A stretch of 63,712 nucleotides of DNA, filler included, from Reticulomyxa filosa (taxonomy: Eukaryota; Protista; Foraminifera), in NCBI GenBank assembly GCA_000512085.1. It is 20 parts of 20 records of this genome, joined end to end, with 100 filler letters (N's around TTAATTAATTAA, not from the genome) between each part and the next. Parts side by side here need not be neighbours in the genome. Positions count along the whole stretch, not along the records: positions 25,757 to 27,232 come from ASPP01022194.1; positions 27,333 to 30,533 come from ASPP01020646.1; positions 30,634 to 32,057 come from ASPP01006427.1; positions 32,158 to 34,756 come from ASPP01025504.1; positions 34,857 to 39,976 come from ASPP01024651.1; 15 more parts are not named here. One strand, written 5' to 3'. Both the position numbers and the translations under genes were made by a program. Numbering within the stretch: position 1 is the stretch's first letter; each line of letters opens with the position of its first letter. Positions 27,001 to 38,970 of the stretch are shown piece after piece. The notes beneath the pieces are model-generated. The model searched no databases. It saw only the letters and a program-made list of their open reading frames with translations, and was not told the DNA's origin.

Positions 27001-27664
27001 TAACAAAAGAGTAATCATTTCAATAGTTAAATATTTCAAATATCACTACATATATACATTAAAACTCAAAGGCAAAAATTAAAACAATAAAAAAAAAAGA
27101 CTTATTTGCAATTGCATCACTGCAACATAAAAAAAAAAATTACCACGCAGCGTTGTGCAAATATAAATAAAAAGTGAAATCGTAATCTGACTTTGTCAAA
27201 AATCAAAGTTATTCCACCGGAATTTCACCAATNNNNNNNNNNNNNNNNNNNNNNNNNNNNNNNNNNNNNNNNNNNNTTAATTAATTAANNNNNNNNNNNN
27301 NNNNNNNNNNNNNNNNNNNNNNNNNNNNNNNNAAAAAAAAAAGAAAAAATTGACAAAACACATATAGATTGGGGAGCTTTGTCCAAGTCACACCAACCCA
27401 CACACCATGGAAAAAAAATTCAACAGCATAACAACAAAAAAAAAGGCGTTGATGTTGTTCATTGAGAAAAATCGTGAATGAGGCAATAAAAAAAGGCAAA
27501 ATTAAGCAAAGAAAAAGAAAAATTACCAAGAAGTTACAAAAAAAAAAAAAAAAAGAAGAAAAAAAAAATAAACCCACTTCTAACGGCATTCCAACATTAT
27601 AAACCATCAAAATGTGGAATGAGAGAAAAAAAACAAACAATAATAAAAAAAATAAAAAAAAGCC

Positions 27665-29065
27665 TCATGAGAAATCGTATTCTATTGAATGGAATAAGTC
27701 TGAGATCCATTTTTGTTTCTTTGATGTGTTTGAACATTCGATGATGGTTGAGAAGTCTGTGATCTGGACGGGTTTCCAACACGAAAAAGTGAGTTTCCAT
27801 CTAAATGTTAAAAACAAAACAAAGCGAATAGAAAGAGGGGAGGATATATACCATCCAACCCCTTGTACACATGCCTTGCTCACAATAAAAAAAAAAAAAA
27901 AAAAAGATGGACAATACCTGAAAGGACCACCGATTGTTGAAGGGTACGCATATCAACCGTCGCGGATTGCGAAGGATGACCATTTGAAGTGAGAATCAAG
28001 CTGGAACTCCTGTGTAAAGGACGAGGTGCGGATGGCGACTGCTCGACAACGCTGGTTCCATCGTCTTTGCTTTCGTTGGTGCGAGGGGTCATGACTCCAG
28101 TTCCCCCGGCCGTGGACGTCGTAGTGTGTGAAGGGGTGATTCCGTAGCGAAAGGAGGATGAGTTGGTAAAAATGGGCCTCGGAGATTTGGTGGAGTTGCT
28201 ATTGACAATAGCAGATCCAATTACACCACGAGTATACATATCGGGGACTTTGCTCCCTCCACCACCACTGCCACTTCCGCCTCCGCTACCATGGTTGGGT
28301 GAAGTTACTATGTTGTCGACACTGGACAAGGCCGCGGGTGACACCCCGTTATAACTTTGCTTGCGCTTTCTCTCTACGACATTATCATTGGTTTCGTTAC
28401 CGACGTACTCTCTTTCATTCACATTACTTAGCACTGGCCCTGGCGACGGACTCAGCCGTGAAGGAGTCAAACTATGCACGTTGCCACGAAGGCCAGGGAG
28501 TGATGAATAGCTGGAAGAGGAGCCTTGTCGCGGCAGCGTCGGTAATGAGGTGCTCATAGTACTGTTGGTGTTGCTGTGGTTCATCATATTCATTTCGCTG
28601 CCGTTGCCTCCGTTATTGCCCGCAGCGATATATACTTGTCCAAAATCCCGCGTCTGCGCATGAAGAGGGCGCCTGCAATAACCGCGGGCGCCACGGATGA
28701 GATGGTTGTGCCCACATTCATCGGCCCTGTGGACGACGGCATGGCCGCACTTGCAAACTGCGTCGGCGCCGATGCAAAGAATTGATAGGGCGCTGGGCCG
28801 GCATAGATTAGCTGGCCGTACGGGGATTGATATACATTATGAGGGAGAAACGGAATGCCAACGGACGAATTGTCCACAAAGAAATGCATCCCGGATGGCA
28901 CAGGCCCAGTCAATGGCGTTGTTTGCACTGCTGCCATGTTCGCGTGGGCATTGTTCATATTCACATCCGTCGTGCTGCCCATCACTGGCAAAGACATTGC
29001 TGCAATGTTATTCATTTGCATTTCTGGCTCGTCCACAACATCATTTGCAGAAAGAGGGCGTACTG

Positions 29066-29098
<33 letters not shown>

Positions 29099-30400
29099 AA
29101 ATGGTATTCATGGTCTCTGTTGAGATGATATGTTTTTTATTTACAAAAAATAAAATAAAATAAAATAAAATGATAGCATAACTTAGCGAAATAAATGACT
29201 CCTCCATTTGGAATTCCGTTCTTCGAAACGGTTGGTCGTCGAGGGGATACAGGCTTTTGCGAAGGTGTCTCGATGCTGACTCGCTGTGACGCGAGACCAA
29301 CTTGCTGATCATTGATATTGCTTGGAGGGTCCAATATCACATTGGCGTCCACAGAATAGACTGAATACAGTGCTCGCTTTCCATCTCCGGATGTCTGGTT
29401 TAACTCTTCTCCTTCCACAGAATGAGTGCTTTCATCTAGCATTGGCTTGCTCCCTGGCTCGACAAGTTCTTGCTCTTCATTCGATGTTTGCTTTTGAAAC
29501 GATTCTCTTCGGATTTTTACTTCCTTTCGATATATCGTTGTCAATTCCTGAATTTCGTTTGTGCTGTGGCTGGTCGGGTTTGAGGCTTGTCGAATGAATC
29601 GACCTTTGCATCACATATTGTTTTATGTTTTTTTTTTTCATAATTATGTAATGCCAAATAAAACATAAAGAATTACCAAAAAAAAAAAATATATATAATA
29701 TATATACATATATATATTATACATATATGTGTATATGTGCATATATATGTTGAAAATAATATCCCACCGGCGTTGTTCATAAGCTCCAATGAATCGTGTA
29801 GATTGCCCTGTGATGAAAACTTTTCTGAGTTTCTGCGGCTTGGATATCTTTTTTTGATGTTACTTTGTGACTTGTCACTGTGGCCATCCATTGTTCGTGA
29901 TCGCTTTGGAATTCCTTTATTTACATTTTTTAATGTTGTTGTTGTTGTTGTTGTTATCTTTTCCTTGTTTTAACAAATTGACAAATGAAAACAAACCTTT
30001 CTTTTTTATTTCGCGCTCTTTTCCAAATTGATCGGAAAAACGAACTTGCTTGCTGTTAGCTTCTTTCTCATTGTCATTTGCTACGTTTTTTGGCACGACA
30101 TCTCTTGGACTACTATCCAATTCTTCTTTTGTAGTCTTTTTTTTATTTTGTTTTTGTCGTGTGTGTTTTTATGTTTTCCCCTCCCGTCGTATTCATTTTA
30201 CATACTAAGTGTTGTTCATAAATGTACGACTAAACATCTTGACTGAATTGCTCGTAAAATCGCATTTTTTGTTCTTCCTCCTCCGTTCTGTGTTCATCAC
30301 TGCTTGAGTCACTCTCTTGATTTTGTCCAGTTTTCAATAGTCTTTTGTTTCTGTTATTTCAGTATTTGTTGTTGGCACAACTTAAAGAAAAAAGGATGAG
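27665..30400 (-). CDS. Large low-complexity (S/N/P-rich) multi-exon hypothetical protein; possible PH-like segment near the 3' end
   Basis: GC-richer long ORFs on - (27880-28593, 28590-29312, 29137-29544, 29673-29891) separated by AT-rich introns. IECSNTSKKQKWISDL is a weak PH-type terminal helix. Confidence 0.5.
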
Positions 30401-30488
30401 CATATGATATTCAACACTTTTTTTTAAAAAAAGGAAGGGAGAGAGAGAAATAAATGGAAATCTCGATTTTCAAATTCAAAAACCGATT

Positions 30489-30528
<40 letters not shown>

Positions 30529-30633
30529 TTTTTNNNNNNNNNNNNNNNNNNNNNNNNNNNNNNNNNNNNNNNNNNNNTTAATTAATTAANNNNNNNNNNN
30601 NNNNNNNNNNNNNNNNNNNNNNNNNNNNNNNNN

Positions 30634-30667
<34 letters not shown>

Positions 30668-30759
30668 GTTGTTGTTGCCTACTGCAGTGGAGTGGATAAA
30701 ACAAAAGCGTGGCACCTCAAAGGTGGTCACGACGTATAAAAAATGTGCGACGTATTCCA

Positions 30760-32057
30760 TCAAAACAAGTTGGTCATTACTGCGCCGTTCTTCGAATATG
30801 TCATTACATTCTTCTGACACACTCCAAACAAACTCTTGAAAAATCGAATGGTGTGGTTCATCAACGACACGATTTGACTTTCAAACTGACGAATGTTCAC
30901 AAAGTAGTTGGAATGATACCAAACAAATAACTGTTGTTCGTTTGCTATTTCGTCGGATGTTTGTTGTCTTTGCTTTGGCTTTTGCTCTTGTTCTGCATTT
31001 TGTTGTCTTTCGTTTCCATTGATATTTTCATTGCCATTCACTTCTTCTTCTTCTTCTTCTTCTTCTTGTTCCATACACCATTGTACCAAATTCTTCCAAT
31101 CTTCGGTTGCCTGCTTTTGTAATTGAGTGCCATCACATTGAGTCATAAACCACAACACAAAGGGGACCACTTTGGTCAAACAATGCATCCATTTGTGGAA
31201 GTTGGACTTTTGAATGCATGTTGCATCCCCTTCTTGTATCAATCTGGTCAAAATTGAAAATAGACATGTGATTCTGGAGCACAACCGCATCGCTTGAGCA
31301 AATCCGCGATGCCGTTTTTTTAATTCTTCAATGTCTCCGCTTCAAAAGAGTTTGTGATTGTGTGAAAGTTGGAAGTGAAAAGACATAGCACAGAGCCTCC
31401 CTCTTTGTCGAGTTAACTTGACATCCTGCAATGTGGGACAGTGGAATTGGGACAAACACTTTTCGTCGATCTTGTCAATTTGGAAAGTGTCGATTAAGGT
31501 GTTGATCAATGTTGGCCAGCAGTCCATTGGAAATGTGCGATAGCAGTTGACAATAGACTTGTGTGCCGCAATGACAAAATGCATATCTCGGGGGATCATC
31601 ATTGAATCCAATTTGTTATTGTTATTATTGTTGTTATTGTCATTGCTGTTGCTATTACCATTGACATTCACGTGCACATTGATGTTGGGTTGTTGATCGC
31701 GTTCAATGTTGTTACTTTCGTTCGCATTGGCATTGGCATTGGCATTGGCATTGGCATTGACATTGACATTGGCATTTGCATTTGCATTGACATTGGTACG
31801 AATGTTGACGTTTACATTGACATTTGCGTGGAGGAAAGATATTGGATGCATGGCAGGGTGATACGAGATACGAACTAATGCCAAAAGACCTTGATTTTGG
31901 ACAAACACAGGGGATATTTTTTTTGCAATGGTTTGCAAGAAATTGGCAAAATTTGCAATACACAGCCAATATTCGTATAGACTGCCTTCGAATGCGTTTT
32001 GAATAGCTGATCGTGCAGGAACCGAAGATGTCGATGATGATGATGATGATGATGATG
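30760..32057 (-). CDS. Hypothetical protein with NA/NV dipeptide, poly-N and poly-E tracts; truncated
   Basis: In-frame ORFs 31342-31938 and 30760-31290, probably joined by a short intron ending ttttgaag. Confidence 0.5.
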
Positions 32058-32536
32058 NNNNNNNNNNNNNNNNNNNNNNNNNNNNNNNNNNNNNNNNNNN
32101 NTTAATTAATTAANNNNNNNNNNNNNNNNNNNNNNNNNNNNNNNNNNNNNNNNNNNNTTGAGAGTCTTCATTATCTGCCATCACTTACTTAAGGTTCTTT
32201 GTACTTTCCAACACAAAAAGAAAGGTTCAAGCTTGTAGCTTTCAAAGTCTTAAGAGATATATAATATATTATAATTAGCAAAAAAATCCTAATGCTTGGC
32301 CCTACTTTCATTTTTCGAAGTTTTTTTTTCCTTTTTTTTTTTTTTAGTGCGAGATATGATGTAAAGTGACTGCAATTTGGCTTGAAGGAAAAACAGAAAA
32401 AAAAAAAGAGCGATGAATCAGAAATAATTTTTTTTTAAAAAAAACAACAACGAAAGTGTACCTCTTTCATTCTCCCCACTCCTTCACATACTAACTAAAC
32501 ATAGTAATGAATAAATAAATAAATAAAAATTTGTCA

Positions 32537-33604
32537 TCACAGCTGTTTGCTGTGACTGAGTGACTTGGAAATGCGTTCCTGAAAGGTGTCACTATACGAG
32601 TTTTGCTCGATGACATCCCCCTCCAAGAAGTCGATAATGGGCATGGACTGCCTGACCATGCGTGACTCGGTGGCCATGTGATATATCTTCCACGTGAAGA
32701 TGGTTAATTGAAAGGCGATCAACACGTCAATGGTGTAATGAAACTTGACAGCGATGATCAAATACAAGGTAACGAGCGTGATCACCCACACAAAGATACT
32801 AAGAAATCTTTGAAAAGGCGTATTGTCGTGATAGTATTCAATCGTTAAAGCCAGACACGTCATCGACACCGTGTGTCCACTATAAAACACATCCGTTCGA
32901 GTGATCTTGTATCGCAAGTTCACCAGCAACGCTTCGTAAAAGATATTGCCGCTCCATTGATGCACTGGATACCCTTGATATGGATTCGGCAATTGCGTCC
33001 CCAATAAACACGACGCCCGACATAAAAACAAAAAACTATGAATCATCAAAAATCGACGCAACACAATAAACGGCTGCTTACAACACGTTATCAGCCACAC
33101 GACACTGATTCCCACTATTATGTATTGGCCCAGGTCGGGTGAGGACTTGTATTCAATTACAAACGGCGTGAATCTTTCTTTTTTTTTTTTTTAGTTGGAA
33201 TTTTTTCGTTTTTTTTAAAAAAATAATGACAATCATTACTGTGACATTTCGCAAAAGAGACACTATTTCTATGTTTGTCCATTTTCTTTAAAAAAAAAAA
33301 AAATACCTGCAAAGTCGAAACCAAAATCTGGAAGTACTATCATTGGAAGCTTCTTTTCTATTGATCTTTTTTCGGTTAACACGTTCGCAATGCACATCAA
33401 ATACGTCGAGGCCAAAAAAAAGATTATGGCTATTATCCATCTTCGCTTTTGAGAAGGACGTCGTGTAAAAATTAACAATAAAAACTGCGAACAACAAAAA
33501 CAGCAGCTCCTCCACACAAGCTCCCGATTCGGATTTAAATATGTCACATTTTCATCTACAATCTCGATATCTTTGCTTTTTACTCTGTGCAATGGTGCTG
33601 ACAT
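32537..33604 (-). CDS. Sphingomyelin/IPC synthase family (PAP2-like) membrane protein
   Basis: LPDFGFD, TQLPNP, DVFYSGHT and HYTIDV catalytic motifs, with multiple TM segments. Confidence 0.9.
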
Positions 33605-34100
33605 TAGAAAGATTGTATCTTCCCTTTTTTTGTTTATGTTTTTAAACTTTTTTTCTCTTATTTTTTTGAATCATACCAGAATTTTTTTTTCAAAAAAGTA
33701 TTGTTGGCAACGAATTCGATTGTACATTCAAATAGCAGTTACAATTTTATTTTTTCGCGATAAAAAATTTAAGTGTGGTGTTGGGGAGAACTTTTTCTTC
33801 CCTTTTTTTCTGCAGTTTCAAAGCAAGTTCGTCTCCAGTGCAGCTCCAGTGGCGAAATATCGTTAGTCCCTCGTCAATATCGCATCAAAGGAGTTGAATA
33901 AGCAAATTTGTTCTTTTTTTTTTGTTTATTGAAAGCCTAAAAGTTGGAGTTTAGAATTATCACATTAAAAAAAAAAGGAGTCGAAGACGCGTTCGTGATT
34001 GAAAGTATTGTTTCGAGTTCGGCGCATTTTAGTCATGGATCACTGTATTATTTTGGTTATGGATCTATGTATTATTTTGGTTTTGGATGTATCCTGTGGT

Positions 34101-34476
34101 GGTCGTGGTTCGATGGGTTCCTGTGTTGCATATTCCAGTATTGATGGTGTCCGGAGCCAAGTCAGCCGTTAGCGCACTACAGCGCTTACTACAGTCGCGA
34201 TTTATTCGCAGCAAAGTGCGTGCAAAAGGCGCGTCGGTGTGCTGCCGGCAAACCGAGGCCACATTATAGGTTTGCATCAAGTGCACCACCGACATACTAT
34301 TCCTTGCAGGACCGATGGTGGCGATGTCCGTCCGTGGATGGACATCAGATACAGTCTCCCTCCTTGATGTTACCGGCTGTGACCGTGTTAACATAGGGAT
34401 GAAGGAGACATTTTAAAGACATTTGCGCCTACATTCTTGGGCTGACGACGGCCGTTACGCGACATTGAACCGCACA
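34101..34476 (+). ncRNA. Candidate large structured RNA (~370 nt), family unassigned
   Basis: GC-rich island with at least 10 mutually compatible nested helices, G-U pairs favouring the + strand, and stops in all three + frames. Confidence 0.6.
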
Positions 34477-35100
34477 TTGGAGTTAGTTCTATTTATTTAA
34501 TTAATATTGGGATTTCATCTTTCTTAAATACTTGTGTTTTTTTGTAAATAGATTGGCATGGTATTATGTTAGATATTTGGTGGAGTCATTTGGCATTTTA
34601 ATGACCTTGGATTATTGTTATTATTATTATTTTTTTTAACTTATTGTTTTTTTTCCTCCCTTTTGCTCATTTTCCCCCCTTTTGTACCTTTGCTCCCGTT
34701 GCTCATTTTTCCCTCTTTGCAAATTCTTTTTACTTTCATTCGTTTCAATTTATTTTNNNNNNNNNNNNNNNNNNNNNNNNNNNNNNNNNNNNNNNNNNNN
34801 TTAATTAATTAANNNNNNNNNNNNNNNNNNNNNNNNNNNNNNNNNNNNNNNNNNNNGACAATCAAAAAACGTGTCTGTAGTATCATTATCGATTGATATT
34901 GTTGGCAGTTGTGTTATGTCAATTCTCTAATCTTCGTTTCAAAGGCACTGTTAAGTTTCAAATGTCTCTTATAGCTCCTAAAAAAAATGTTTTTGGTGTT
35001 TTTTAAAAGTTAGTTGTGCAATCCTTTTTAAAAAAAGCGAAGAGGCTCTTGTCATTCTGTATATTTCCACTTGAACTGAAAGAAAACAGAAAATAGCCCA

Positions 35101-35854
35101 ATGATTACAGCAATGGAAGCAAAGTTTCGTCTCTGGCCAGACGATGTGCGCTTGAGCGTGCTTTGGAAAGTTCTGCTTCTGGTTACGGTGCTGGTGCTGC
35201 TCTTCATGATAATAATCGGTAGTATCGCCAGTACAAAGTATAGCATAGTGAACTTGCAAGTGGCATGGAGTGTGCACGAGGCCCGAGTAATTTTGGACAA
35301 TTGGGGTAGATACCGTGGTTTGTTGTACATCCAAACGATCGTGGACTTTGTGTACGTATACATAATCTCTTCTTTTTTTTTTTTTCTCTCTCTGTACGTT
35401 ACATGCCAAATATGCGAAAAAAAAAAAATGTCATTTGACAATAACACGGGACATTAATAGCTTCATTCTGATGTGGACATCGACGCTAGCCGCATGCTCA
35501 TTGGCGGCGTCACGATACCGTGCCAAAGTCTTTGGTATCAACACATTGCCAAAGACGACAATGTATTGCTTTTTGAGTTTGCCGCTCGGCGGACTGTTGG
35601 ACTATATTGAAGATGTGTTCACCATTTTAGTGATCACCAACTATCCCGATGTCAAAGCTTCCCAATGCTTCCCTTTGTTTGCCTGTGCCACTGTCAAATG
35701 GATTATCATTATTGTCAATATTGTCTACGCCATCGCGGTTGCCAGCAATGCCTATGCTGGGGCACGACAGAGAGGACCTTACAATTCACAGCATGACACG
35801 GGACTGCAGTTGGAATTCGTCTCGAGCGAGCAACAGAATACTGAGGTGCGCTGA
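35101..35854 (+). CDS. Uncharacterised multi-pass membrane protein (intron 35352-35460)
   Basis: Spliced ORF with about 4 hydrophobic helices and motifs SIVNLQVAW...ILDNWG...DFVFI...LLDYIED...VKW. Confidence 0.7.
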
Positions 35855-36831
35855 TTTTTTTTTTTTTTTGCATTATACGTATAGCTGTATTTAAAAAAAA
35901 AAAATTTGCGGGTTGAATTGAGAAATAACAAGGCGAAAATGTAATACCTTGTTTTATTTTTTTCTAACATCATATTGAAAAATTGTACCTTTTTTTTGGT
36001 GATGAAAACTTTTTTTTTTTGGATAACTGATAATTAGTAATATTTTGTCCCCTTCTTTTTTTTTTTTTTGCTTTGGAATTTCAAGACATTTTAATGGCAC
36101 TCGATAGTCAATTTTTGTTTGTCACTGAATTCGGAAAAAACTTTGCTGATAAACAAAAAGTTGCCGAGGTACAGGTAATAAGGATAAACAAACGTAAAAA
36201 AAGTCGTACAATCAAATATTCAATGTACATACGATAGATTGCAAAAAAAATCGTCACAAGTATTTGCGGTTGTTGTCATAAAAAGTTTTTTAAGTAACAT
36301 GTACGCTGTGGGTACCTATTGGAAATAAATCTAACTTTTCTTGTCTCTCATTATTGAAATTGGTCCAAATGTGCAAAAAAAACATTTTCATATTTGAGAG
36401 CATGCTTGCTTTTTAATGAAAATCAGGAAGATCGGCACATCCCTGCAAAGATACAAAACATATTCAGTATTTTTAAGTTTTAATAAAAAGCAATATAATT
36501 TGTACATGATCAAACTTTAATTTATTTTTTAAAGATTTTTTGCTTTTGTAGCATTTTTATTTTTCTGGTATTTTTTCAAAGAAAAAAAGAGGTAAACTTA
36601 GTATTTTTTCTGAAATTGTCATCAGAATTAAAAGTAATGTTTATTCCTTTGGATGGACTTCCAGTACTTATTTTCGTTTTAATTTTACAAATCTACATAA
36701 ACATTTTATGGCCATAAACACAGAGTTGTTAAAAAGTACAGCATAAAACAGTATTAGAAAGAAAACTTTAAAAAAAAAAGTGAGATATTAATTTTGTTCC
36801 ACTTGGATCATATTAGCAAAAACTAAAAAAC

Positions 36832-38024
36832 ATGTCGATACCATCATCTCAAGTTTGTTCAACAACATTTTCAGATATGTGTGCGTGTTCGTTGGCACAA
36901 CTCTCGGCAAGCACAACGTTGTACACCACGTGTTTCGACACGTATGTGTGTGCATTCAACGCGAGCACGTCAACGTTTTGCAGCGGACATGGAAACTGTA
37001 TATTTAATGAGAGTCGCTGTGCGTGTAACGACGATTACGGATTGAAAGACTGTTCAGCGAAATATCAGGTATATCAGGTGAGTCCACTGATCTCAGTTCC
37101 GTTGATATCGATAGGAGCATTGATAATGTTGGTATGTTTGGGATTGATTTATTGGGTTTGGAAATATCGAACGACAAGTGAAGTGAAAGCAATGTCGATC
37201 ACATTTACCAACATTATGTTGTTTGGTTGTGCCATGGTATGCGCAGGTGTTATCGTCCTTGGACTCGGATGGAACTCAGCAAACTGTATCATTTTGGAAT
37301 GGTTTTCCTTTGTCGGCATCACTTTGGTCCTGGCATGTGCCGGCATCAAGGCATTTCGAATCGCTTCCATTTTCAACCGCAGCACACTTTCGGGCAAAGA
37401 TTTGAGCGATGCGACTTTGTTCAAATATTTGTGCGGCACTACTATGTTGTCGGTTTTGTTGATGATCATTTATACCATTTTGAACTTTACCGAAGGGTTA
37501 AACAAAAAAAAAAAGGGGGGAGAGGAAAGAAAAAGGGGGAAAAGAAAGAGATGGAGAAAAAAATCTTTTATATATACATATACATATTATTATATATATA
37601 TATAAATATATATATATAATAATATGTATATGTATATATAAAATAAATGCAAATGAAATATAAATAAATAAATAAATAGAGGCGCATACTTTCGGAAAAT
37701 TCACAGCGATTCACCCCCATTGTATAAAGAACATCGATGCTCGTCGCAACCAATAACCAGTGTCACATACTACGTGATGGTGTTTTATATCCTATTGTTG
37801 CTAATTTATGTGCTGAAATACGGCAATCAAACGCGCTCTGCGTCGAACATCTTCAAGGAGACTCGCTGCATATATTTGGGCACCAACATCGGCACGCTCA
37901 TATTCATCTCCTTTGCCGTCTTCATCTTGTTCACAACAAATTACAATGCACAAATCGCGGTTCGAGGATTTGGAACTCTTATTGTCATGATTGTCGTCGT
38001 TTATCTACTTTTTGCGTAATATGC

Positions 38025-38068
<44 letters not shown>

Positions 38069-38511
38069 GTGTTTATATGTGTATATGTATATAACCTAGA
38101 CATTTATAAAGTTGGATTGGATGGTCACTTTTTGTTAGCTTGTTTGTTTTGTTTTTTTTTTTAAAAAAAAAAAGACCCAAACTGCGAGCAGTCTACTATA
38201 GTGCACCGGAAGTCAACTTGGACGGACTGACAGAGAAAGAGAGACAATTGAATTCGCAGTACGCCTCAACCCTTCGTGAGAGAAGTGGCAAGGAATTAAT
38301 GCTTATTATGAACACAGTGTTGGTGGACCTGAAATATCGATTGGACCACAAAATGATGACCGTCGATATTTCCGAGCAACATTTAAATAATTTGAAAGAT
38401 TTGAGTCACAACTTGAAACAATTACTTGCTTCCAAGTCCGAGCCTCCCAAGCGCACAGACCTTAAACAATTGTCCAGCTCAAGTGATATCTTACCAGACC
38501 ACGACACTTAA
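36832..38511 (+). CDS. Class C (GABA-B-like, 7tm_3) GPCR with N-terminal EGF-like domain (introns 37497-37679, 38016-38174)
   Basis: CSGHGNC..CACNDDYGLKDCS (EGF). YR...VKAMS..F..IMLFG, C....W....G......IKAFRIASIF, TR.....FKETRCI and LFAPKL are class C 7TM motifs. Confidence 0.85.
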
Positions 38512-38970
38512 TTCGATTCGGTACACTTTTTTTTTTTTTTTTTTTTGAATAAAAAAAATACACTATTGTGACGCTATTGGTTTGTTATAGATTTTTTATT
38601 ATTATTATTATCATTTGTTCGTTCGTTTGTTTATGTCTGTTGTTGGGTAAGGCAGTTGCGCTAATGATTCTTTTTTTTTTTTCCCCTCAATGCTGTGTAA
38701 AAACCATCTTGACCGCCTGTCATGGTTGTGAAGTATTTTGATCACTAATATATCTTTGCGTGTTTTTTTCTCTCGGACAATACAAAGTGAATTACGCTCA
38801 AAGAGATTTTGCAATGGGTTCATAACTATCGTAATCAGCACATTTTTGGAAGGAACTTTCTTTTCAAAAAAAAAAAAAAAAAATTGCATTTATTTGAATT
38901 GAACTTTGAAGTGTCCGTCATTTGAAAAGCGACTAGAGCCATCAATCTCTTGAGTGATTGAGATGCGTAT

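Noticed and set aside
31290-31420. In-frame TGA between ORFs 31342-31938 and 30760-31290, suggesting readthrough or selenocysteine
   Set aside because: The TGA lies within a plausible acceptor (ttttgaag) with phase-compatible GT donors upstream, so a short intron explains it.
33843-33896. tRNA gene
   Set aside because: Only the 5' part is tRNA-like. There is no anticodon arm or TTCG T-loop at the proper spacing.
34035-34088. 24-bp direct repeats as a CRISPR array
   Set aside because: Only about 2.3 abutting units, no spacers, no cas genes, and a eukaryotic context.
34175-34194. ACTACAG...ACTACAG as a telomerase template (12-nt unit)
   Set aside because: No matching telomeric repeat is present in the window and the unit is unlike known protist telomeres. 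It is unsupported without telomere data.
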